A DNA stretch of 64,000 nucleotides from Chitinophagales bacterium (GTDB lineage Bacteria; Bacteroidota; Bacteroidia; Chitinophagales; JADIYW01), in contig DATJBS010000024.1 in the NCBI GenBank assembly GCA_035515235.1, positions 1,634-65,633 of the forward strand, given 5' to 3'. Numbering within the stretch: the stretch's first letter is position 1; each line of letters starts with the position of its first letter. Both the position numbers and the translations under genes were made by a program. Positions 9,408 through 17,439 of this stretch are shown piece after piece. The notes beneath the pieces were generated by a model that saw nothing but the letters and a program-made list of their open reading frames with translations, searched no databases and was not told the DNA's origin.

Positions 9408-9824
9408 ATGGACATTAATGATTTAACGCATAAAATAATTGGAGCATCAATGCAAGTGCATCGAGTGTTGGGAAATGGTTTTCAAGAAGTCATTTATCAA
9501 AGAGCCTTAGCAGTTGAGTTTAATCATATTGGCATCAACTACGAAAGAGAAAAAGAAATGAATATATTTTATAGAGACGAACAAGTCGGTACTCGAAGAG
9601 TAGATTTTTTTGTCGAAGAAGCCGTAATGGTAGAACTTAAAGCCGTTTCAGAATTAGAAGAAGCTCACAAAGCCCAAGCCATTAATTACTTAGAAGCCTA
9701 TGGCATTGCCAACGGCTTACTTATCAATTTTGGCAAAACAAGTTTAGAGTTCAAAAGGGTTTACAATAAGAAGTTAGTAAATCCTGCCAATCCCATTAAT
9801 CATAAAAATCCTGTTCAAGACTAA
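9408..9824 (+). CDS. GxxExxY family protein (PD-(D/E)xK fold)
   Basis: VDFFVEEAVMVELKAV, then QAINYLEAYGIANGLLINFG, which contains the family-naming motif. Lies between mod and res with 2-nt and 1-nt gaps. Confidence 0.8.
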   Translation: MDINDLTHKIIGASMQVHRVLGNGFQEVIYQRALAVEFNHIGINYEREKEMNIFYRDEQVGTRRVDFFVEEAVMVELKAVSELEEAHKAQAINYLEAYGIANGLLINFGKTSLEFKRVYNKKLVNPANPINHKNPVQD

Positions 9825-9825
9825 T

Positions 9826-12498
9826 ATGAATACAACAGCCAATAACATAAAACAACGCTTATCACTTCGTGAACCGCTTCAAGATTCACTCGATATTGTG
9901 GCTCAACTTTGTCAAGAATTAGAGCTAAAAAAAGAAGTAGATTTATTAGCAGAATTAGAAAAAGTAAAAGCTCATTTTCCTACCTGTACCGATTTTGAAA
10001 GAGATTTTGTATCCATTGCTTTTTCTATTGCCACAGGTGTAGGCAAAACCCGTTTAATGGGGGCTATTGTAGCTTATTTATACTTGCAAAAAGGCGTAAA
10101 AAACTTTTTCATTTTAGCACCTAACTTGACTATTTACGATAAACTCATAGAAGATTTTGGCAATCCTGCTTATCACAAATATGTGTTTAATGGCATATCA
10201 GAATTTGTACACAACAGACCTGTAGTAATTACAGGCGATAATTATGCACAGCAAGGAGTATTATTTTCAGATTCAGAAATCCGTATTAATATTTTCAATA
10301 TTGCCAAGTTCAATTCGGATAACAGAGGAACAAAGCAAGGTGGGGTTTCTTTAGCTCCGAAAATCAAAAGACTATCCGAGTATTTAGGGCAATCATATTG
10401 GGAATATTTGTCAGGTTTAGAAGATTTAGTTATTCTAATGGACGAAGCACACCGATACCACGCAGATGCTTCTAAAAATGCCATCAATGAACTAAAGCCC
10501 ATTTTAGGCATAGAAATGACCGCAACTCCATTTGATGAAAAAGGCAAGCAATTCAAAAACATAGTTTTTGAATATTCCTTAGCCCAAGCCTTGTCAGATG
10601 GTAAGTACGTAAAGAACCCGGCTATTGCCACTCGTAAGAATTTTCAAAAAGGCTCTTTAAGTGATCGAGAAGTAGAAATCATCAAATTAGAAGATGCCAT
10701 AAGCATACACCAAGACACCAAAAACGAATTGGAAATCTATTCCAAAAACAACGAAGTGAAATTGGTAAAACCTTTCATTTTAGTAGTTTGTAAAGACATT
10801 GCCCACGCCAAAGAAATATACGAACTCATCAATACAGATGGGTTTTATGATGGGCAATACAAAGGCAAAGTCTTACAAATAGATTCATCAACCAAAAAAG
10901 AAGAGGATATTGAGCAACAGTTTATTTCTTTAGAAAGTACAGATAATGAAATAGAAATTGTAATCCACGTAAATATGCTCAAAGAGGGTTGGGATGTAAC
11001 CAACCTATACACCATTGTGCCACTTCGTGCCGCCAATGCAGGTATTTTAGTAGAACAAACCATTGGTAGAGGGTTAAGACTACCTTATGAGGGCAAAAGA
11101 ACAGGCGTAGATAAAATTGATAAATTAACGGTAGTAGCCCACGAAAACTTCAATGCCGTTATTGAAGCAGCCCAAGACCCTAACTCGGTATTAAACAAAA
11201 TGAGTTTTGTAGAAATAGCCGAAGAAGATTTATCTACCAAAACCGTAGTAGTTACCTCTCAGCCAGTAATGGAGCAAACCTTTGTAAAGGAGCAGGAAAA
11301 AATCAATATTATTGTCAACCCACAAGACAAACAAAAGGCACAAAACAACTTAGATGCTAAAAAAGCGATTATCAATGTATTGCCCGATTTTGGCAGTTTA
11401 CCCGAAGTAAGACGTGTTGAAGATTTAAGCAAAGAGGAAGTAAAACGTAAAGTAATACGGCAAGTAGAAAAAAACCTATCCGAAGGTCAGTTGAATGTAT
11501 TTGCAGCTCAAATTGTAGCAGAAGCCAAAGAGGTGTATGACACAATGGTAACAGAATACAAAAAGAATATCATTGAAATACCACGTATGGACTTGGTGCA
11601 AGGCGAAACAAGAGCCGAGTTCAAAGACTTTGATTTAGATATTACAGGGTTCAATTTTCAAGCCTTAGAGCAAGAAATTATCCGAATGGGTTTAAAAGAT
11701 AGGCAAGTAGAAACACTCAAAGCAAAATCAAGTGGTTCGTATGGCAATCCTATCAAACTAATCATTGCAGAATTAATTGATTACCCAGAAATTGATTATG
11801 ATGAAAATGCAGACTTGCTTTATCATTTAGCAACCCAAGCCTACGAAGCTATTAAAGCCAATATAAGCAACGAAGAAGAATTGCCTTCGGCAATCTTCCA
11901 ATTCAAAGCAGCCATAGCGGAAAAGGTTTATAATCAAATGAAACAGCACTTTCAGTTGCATTCAGCAGATTATGTTGCCCCAAGAGTATTTCCATTTATA
12001 CGCATAGAGCAATGGAGTTTTTCTTCATTGGTAAATGCAGGCTACAAAGACTATCGAGATATAGTAAGCCCTACCAATATGATTCCTAAATACGTATTCA
12101 GAGGTTTTGAAAAAGCTTGTCATTTTGAATACAAGTTTGACAGTAAAGCCGAACAAGATTTAGCCTTTGTATTAGAAAATGATGCAACAGTAATCAAGTG
12201 GTTAAGACCAGCACCTAATCAGTTCCGTATTTATTGGGATAACAACTCAAAAAGGTATGAACCCGACTTTATTGTAGAAACAGCAGGCACCATTTATATG
12301 CTTGAAGTCAAGCGTTCAGATCAAACCGAAGAAGAAACCGTATTAGCCAAAAAAGTAGCAGCAGAACGCTTCTGTAAATACGCTTCTGAATACACAGCAG
12401 AAAATCAAGGTAAAAAGTGGATGTATTTAATATTACCGCATAACGAAGTAAGCAGAACGGTAAATATGAATTATTTAGCAACGAAGTTTAAAGGGTAA
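9826..12498 (+). CDS. res: type III restriction endonuclease Res subunit (SF2 helicase + C-terminal PD-(D/E)xK nuclease)
   Basis: ATGVGKTR (I), ILMDEAHRYH (II, DEAH), EMTATP (III), QTIGRGLRLP (VI). C-terminal YEPDFIVETAGTIYMLEVKRSD nuclease motif. Confidence 0.85.
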   Translation: MNTTANNIKQRLSLREPLQDSLDIVAQLCQELELKKEVDLLAELEKVKAHFPTCTDFERDFVSIAFSIATGVGKTRLMGAIVAYLYLQKGVKNFFILAPNLTIYDKLIEDFGNPAYHKYVFNGISEFVHNRPVVITGDNYAQQGVLFSDSEIRINIFNIAKFNSDNRGTKQGGVSLAPKIKRLSEYLGQSYWEYLSGLEDLVILMDEAHRYHADASKNAINELKPILGIEMTATPFDEKGKQFKNIVFEYSLAQALSDGKYVKNPAIATRKNFQKGSLSDREVEIIKLEDAISIHQDTKNELEIYSKNNEVKLVKPFILVVCKDIAHAKEIYELINTDGFYDGQYKGKVLQIDSSTKKEEDIEQQFISLESTDNEIEIVIHVNMLKEGWDVTNLYTIVPLRAANAGILVEQTIGRGLRLPYEGKRTGVDKIDKLTVVAHENFNAVIEAAQDPNSVLNKMSFVEIAEEDLSTKTVVVTSQPVMEQTFVKEQEKINIIVNPQDKQKAQNNLDAKKAIINVLPDFGSLPEVRRVEDLSKEEVKRKVIRQVEKNLSEGQLNVFAAQIVAEAKEVYDTMVTEYKKNIIEIPRMDLVQGETRAEFKDFDLDITGFNFQALEQEIIRMGLKDRQVETLKAKSSGSYGNPIKLIIAELIDYPEIDYDENADLLYHLATQAYEAIKANISNEEELPSAIFQFKAAIAEKVYNQMKQHFQLHSADYVAPRVFPFIRIEQWSFSSLVNAGYKDYRDIVSPTNMIPKYVFRGFEKACHFEYKFDSKAEQDLAFVLENDATVIKWLRPAPNQFRIYWDNNSKRYEPDFIVETAGTIYMLEVKRSDQTEEETVLAKKVAAERFCKYASEYTAENQGKKWMYLILPHNEVSRTVNMNYLATKFKG

Positions 12499-12588
12499 AG
12501 TATGATAGAATTTAAAGGCTCAAAATGGTACAAATGCGACCTGCATTCAAGAAACCAATTCAGTTATTAAGTAGAAAGTAATACGACT

Positions 12589-15500
12589 ATGTCAATTTGG
12601 TATAATAAAAAAGAAGAAGAAATCATTCAGAGATTAAAAAACACTTTAGAATCCCAAAGTCTACAATTCATTGGGAAATTTACAAGTGTTGAAGACAAAG
12701 ATTTTGGCTTTTTTAAAGATGTTCGATCAGTATCAGGAGTCAGAAAATATTACCCAACTAATGAAGGTGAGCCAGATGATTTCAACAATAGACCATTAGA
12801 AGTTTGGTCTAAAAAAACTATTTTATTTAACAGTGGCAAAAAGAAAATAATTCTTGAAGAAGGAAAATGGTATAAATTTTATGCAGTCCCAACTCAAAGC
12901 CAACTCAGGTTAAAAAATAAAAATCCTTTTTTGTTACAAACTGATTTGTCCAGAGCGGTTGATATAAGTTTATTTAGGGGAAATGAATTGATTGAAAATA
13001 TTCAACAAGATTCAATTAATACACCAGAATCTGTTAAAGGGAAACTAACTCGTTCAATTGAAGCAATTTCAAATGAAATCAATACACAACCAGCAACTTT
13101 CATTTTTGAGTTAATTCAAAATGCAGATGACTATCCCAATGATGAGAAATATGTAAAAATGTCGTTTGATATTAAGAACCCTTATTTGGTTATAAAGCAT
13201 AATGGCAGCCAATTTGACGTAAATAATGCTGTAGCTATATGTGATATTAATGAAGGTGATAAAAGAAATGAAGTTGAGAAAATTGGTTTTAAGGGAATTG
13301 GCTTTAAATCAATTTTTAAGGATTGTAATCTTGCTTATTTGAAATCTGGAGAATATTCATTTCGCTTTGATGAAATAAAATGGCGTAATGAGGGTAGGAA
13401 ACTATTTTGGCAAATTACCCCTATTAATACTGATGAAAAGGATTTCCGTAACATATTACTGCCTTCCAATAATGTCAATTTGATAATAAAACCGAAGGAG
13501 CCAAAGCAGCTAAGTAATTATAAGTTTACTTTATTGGAACATTTTAAGGATGAGAGGATTTTACTTTTTTTGAGAAATGTTAAGGAGATTGATTTCATTT
13601 TAAATGACGATTCATTTAGCATTTCAAATACTGATAATAAATGGAGAATTTTTAAATCAAAAAATATTTTAGTTGAAGAAAGCATTCGTGTGGAATTAAA
13701 TAGAGGAATAGCACTTAATGATAAAAGGATACCTTTAAAATACCAAAGTATTGAAAAAACTGAAATAGGGTTTGGCTTTTTAGTAAATGAAAATAAAGTT
13801 CAAAGTGTTGACGATGCAACAATTTATGCTTATTTACCAACAAAGGTCAATTTAGGCTTCGGATTTTTACTCAATGGGAATTTTATACCTGATGGGTCAC
13901 GTACACATTTACACCAAGATCTGACTTGGAATAATTATTTATTTGAGAAGGCAGGAGAACTTTTTCCTAATAAGCTTATTGAATTGATTGAAAGTGACAT
14001 TGACACATCAAGCGTCTTAAATCTTATTCCAAATTTTTATAAACTATTAGATGTAAATGACGATGAAAAAATTCAATTTATTAAGGCTTTTAAAGAAGGT
14101 TTTGATAAAAATATTACATCAAAACAGTTTATTCCAACTAAGGCAGGCTCTTTAGAAGCCCTTTCTAATATTTTGATTGATGAAACGGGTTTAGCAGATT
14201 TGTTAAAAGATGAATTTTTTGAATTAACACGTATTTCAGCAAAGTTGATTGATAATGAAGTTGGTGAAGGTATTGAGAAGATAAAAGCACTCATTTCAGA
14301 ATCCAGTCAAGGAGTTGTTTACGGTATTGAAGATTTGAAAGCCAGCTTAAAGACAGCTGTGTTTCAAGATTGGCTAAAAATTCCGTCAAACAACTTTAGG
14401 CTCATTCAGCATTTTCAATCATCAGCAGATCTACAAAGTTTACTTGAAACAGAAGCAATAATTTTATCAGAAAGCAAACAGTTACTAAAATCATCTGCAT
14501 TATTTAGTGATGTTCCAAATGAAGTAACTTTTCTAACCACTGAAAAAATAAACAGTGAGCTTCTAGGCTTATTGACTGAAAGTAAAATCAATCTTTCACT
14601 CACTGAATTTGAACCAGTTAAATTTTTCAAAAATAATATTGTAGCCAAACAAGTAAATATAAACGCTTCTTTGACTGATGAAACAAATCTTCTCAATTTT
14701 TGGAAATTCATATTTGACAACTGGACTCTATTTGAGCCTGATATTGCAATTAAAGATTCCTTTAAGCATTTTGTAGTTCTCTGCAAACCGAAAACTGAAA
14801 ACGAACTTTCAAAGAAAGTGATTTCATCGGCTTACTTGTCAAGTGAATTTAATTCTACAAATGATATTGAAATTGTAGTGAAAGATATTAGCCCAGATGA
14901 GGTATTTATTTCTGATAAATACATTGATAAGAAAAGAGAAGCAGAAAAATGGAGAAAGATTTTCAAGCAGGCGGGTGCTATTACTGATTTGCAGAAAGTT
15001 ATTGAAGTTCTATTACCCAAACTACCAATTATAGAACCGGCCAAGCATTTTGAAATTGCAAAGCAGATTTTCAAGTTTTGGAAAGACCCTGCAAACAAGT
15101 TGACTGATGCCCAAATTGCGTTAATAAAAACCAATCTCAATATCAAATGCGTTGATAAAAAATTCCGAAAATCAACCGACTGTATTATCTCTGACCATTA
15201 CAATAATAATCAACTCATTGCTTCGTGGCTTCCAAACATAGAACTTGCAAATCAAGTTGCACAAGAGTATGCACCCAGAACAAACCAGGTTGCAGAATGG
15301 AAAAATTTCTTTGCCTTGATTGGATGTGTTGAGTTGACAGACAAGCAAAATGTATTTGATGCTAAAATAGCTTTTATAGTTGATGCACAGGATAAATTAC
15401 TATTAAACCATTTTCAAATTTTAAAAGATATTTCAGATTTGCATAAAGCAAAAAAAGAAAATGGATTAGAATTTGATTTTAAGACTTATTTGTCGCAAAT

Positions 15501-17439
15501 CAAATTACAAACAAGTAATGGAGAATGGCACTTAGCATACAATATTCATTTCTCAAACTTTTACAACCCAAAGTTGCGTTTGCAGAACGATCAATCAATC
15601 AATTCAATACTATTTTTTTTAAACGATAGCTATCAACCCACCCTAATAGATAAAAATTTTCTCACTGCTATAGGTGTTAACGATAGTTTCAAGTTCTATT
15701 TATCCAATTGTAAAAGAAGTGAGATACCAAACGATTATAGGCAAAGATTTGACAGCATAGCCCCGTACATAGTGCAAAATGCAAGTCTTTATAAAAGTCA
15801 ACATAGATTGCTAAATCATATTGACCTTAATTACAAATATCTTTTAGTCGAATACAAATACTCAGAAATATTTTGGACGGAAGTAAAGAAACCAAACTCA
15901 AAGCATATAAAATTCCTATTTCAAGAAAGCACCTATAATTGTGGATACAACGGAAGCTTCAATGTTCAATTGGAGAATTTTGTTGTGAATTTTATTAAAC
16001 AGAATGCAACACTTCCAAACAAAGACAATAATCTTAAAAAGCCAACTGAGTTGTTTTCATATTTATTATCTGATTACATCACCGACAAGAATGACTTATT
16101 TAAATATGATTTAAGTGGAATTTATTTTGACAACGACCAATCAAAATCATTGGAAGACATTTTAGGAGTTCAAAGATTACTGTCCCAAAAACATTGCATT
16201 GAATTATTAAGTAGAACTGAGTACAGAGTTGCACCAGAACAAATCCCAGCACTTCAAATTGTAGAGATACTTTCAGATTACACTCCTGATAATTATGAAA
16301 AGGAGATACTGTTTTTGCCAAATAAGAACCTTGAATGGAAATCAATAAATGAATTGTTCATTTCAAACGATGAGCAGTTTCAACTTGACCCACGCCAAAG
16401 TCTGCACGAAGATTTCTATTCTATTGCGTTAAGTTTTGGGGTTCAGGAATTGTCAGAAGATAATCTGGTTTTGATAACAAAACCTAAAACGCCACTGATT
16501 ACAGATGAAATAGAATCATTTTTTAGAAATAAAGCAAAATTTATCGCATTCAAAATTGACCATTTAAATTACGAAGAAGTTGAAGCGATGATAATTGAAA
16601 AGATTAATCAAATAGAGTTTTACGAGATTACATCAATTTCAAAGGTATTTCCAGAAGTTAAGCCAATTTACAAAACTGAAATTGCTTTTCATTTTGAGGA
16701 AGATGAGGATAAAATCTTTTATAAAGGCAACTGGAAAACAAATTCAGAGCTTAAATTATACTTACATAAGCACATTCTTGAAGAAAAAATTCCTGAAGCT
16801 TGGTTTGAGAATGTTATTAATAGGTGGGATGAGAAAGAATTGAGTGAATTATTGATAGGTGAATATGGTAGTACACCCTTTGATAACGAAGAGGAAATTA
16901 TTGATAATGAAAAAATATTTTGGGACGAATATTCAGAAGATGAAGCCACTTATATTAAGTCAATTGTAAATATTAACTACAATCAAGAAGGTCAATTAGA
17001 TGCTAATACAACTGCCAAGATTAAAACACTAATGCTTATAAAAGGCGATTTCGGTAATTCACCAATCTCAGACGAAGGTCGCTACTTAAAAGCGGGAAAT
17101 AATGAAATTCTTGTTCGTTCTGCACAAAAGGGTCTATTGTACCTTGATTTATTTCATTGGGAAAGACTGACCGAAGACAATGTAAAGATTGCTGTTTATA
17201 CCAATACCCAAATTAACATATTTAACTCACAAGCAGATTTATTCCAATTCTATAAACCCCAAAATAAGTTTGGCGTTTTGCGAATGCCAGACGATTACAA
17301 TTTAGATGATTACAATTCTTTAAATAATATTTTTGATAAAGGCAAATGGCATTTTGTATTTATTGTCAATGAAGATGCAACAGCAGCTAAGCAATACAAG
17401 GAGATTATTGATCTTGATGAATATAATAATTACGGATAA
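12589..17439 (+). CDS. giant sacsin/NO VEIN-like GHKL (Bergerat-fold) ATPase, 1616 aa
   Basis: N-box FIFELIQNADDY (nt ~13100-13135), HNGSQFD, GFKGIGFKSIFK. Possible cold-shock/OB-like N-terminus (GKFTSVEDKDFGFFKD...LEEGKWYKFYAV). Repeated F-x3-G-[AVC]-x-[DE] modules. Possible DUF3883-like C-terminus, at low confidence. Confidence 0.75.
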   Translation: MSIWYNKKEEEIIQRLKNTLESQSLQFIGKFTSVEDKDFGFFKDVRSVSGVRKYYPTNEGEPDDFNNRPLEVWSKKTILFNSGKKKIILEEGKWYKFYAVPTQSQLRLKNKNPFLLQTDLSRAVDISLFRGNELIENIQQDSINTPESVKGKLTRSIEAISNEINTQPATFIFELIQNADDYPNDEKYVKMSFDIKNPYLVIKHNGSQFDVNNAVAICDINEGDKRNEVEKIGFKGIGFKSIFKDCNLAYLKSGEYSFRFDEIKWRNEGRKLFWQITPINTDEKDFRNILLPSNNVNLIIKPKEPKQLSNYKFTLLEHFKDERILLFLRNVKEIDFILNDDSFSISNTDNKWRIFKSKNILVEESIRVELNRGIALNDKRIPLKYQSIEKTEIGFGFLVNENKVQSVDDATIYAYLPTKVNLGFGFLLNGNFIPDGSRTHLHQDLTWNNYLFEKAGELFPNKLIELIESDIDTSSVLNLIPNFYKLLDVNDDEKIQFIKAFKEGFDKNITSKQFIPTKAGSLEALSNILIDETGLADLLKDEFFELTRISAKLIDNEVGEGIEKIKALISESSQGVVYGIEDLKASLKTAVFQDWLKIPSNNFRLIQHFQSSADLQSLLETEAIILSESKQLLKSSALFSDVPNEVTFLTTEKINSELLGLLTESKINLSLTEFEPVKFFKNNIVAKQVNINASLTDETNLLNFWKFIFDNWTLFEPDIAIKDSFKHFVVLCKPKTENELSKKVISSAYLSSEFNSTNDIEIVVKDISPDEVFISDKYIDKKREAEKWRKIFKQAGAITDLQKVIEVLLPKLPIIEPAKHFEIAKQIFKFWKDPANKLTDAQIALIKTNLNIKCVDKKFRKSTDCIISDHYNNNQLIASWLPNIELANQVAQEYAPRTNQVAEWKNFFALIGCVELTDKQNVFDAKIAFIVDAQDKLLLNHFQILKDISDLHKAKKENGLEFDFKTYLSQIKLQTSNGEWHLAYNIHFSNFYNPKLRLQNDQSINSILFFLNDSYQPTLIDKNFLTAIGVNDSFKFYLSNCKRSEIPNDYRQRFDSIAPYIVQNASLYKSQHRLLNHIDLNYKYLLVEYKYSEIFWTEVKKPNSKHIKFLFQESTYNCGYNGSFNVQLENFVVNFIKQNATLPNKDNNLKKPTELFSYLLSDYITDKNDLFKYDLSGIYFDNDQSKSLEDILGVQRLLSQKHCIELLSRTEYRVAPEQIPALQIVEILSDYTPDNYEKEILFLPNKNLEWKSINELFISNDEQFQLDPRQSLHEDFYSIALSFGVQELSEDNLVLITKPKTPLITDEIESFFRNKAKFIAFKIDHLNYEEVEAMIIEKINQIEFYEITSISKVFPEVKPIYKTEIAFHFEEDEDKIFYKGNWKTNSELKLYLHKHILEEKIPEAWFENVINRWDEKELSELLIGEYGSTPFDNEEEIIDNEKIFWDEYSEDEATYIKSIVNINYNQEGQLDANTTAKIKTLMLIKGDFGNSPISDEGRYLKAGNNEILVRSAQKGLLYLDLFHWERLTEDNVKIAVYTNTQINIFNSQADLFQFYKPQNKFGVLRMPDDYNLDDYNSLNNIFDKGKWHFVFIVNEDATAAKQYKEIIDLDEYNNYG

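Noticed and set aside
3227-12498. Possibility that SNF2 + methylase + helicase amounts to a DISARM or BREX system.
   Set aside because: No DUF1998 (DrmB), PLD (DrmC), PglZ, BrxC or BrxL-like gene is present. The second helicase has the Res-type PD-(D/E)xK tail, so the minimal supported call is a type III R-M plus an accessory SNF2 cassette. This is kept as a finding, not as a DISARM or BREX call.
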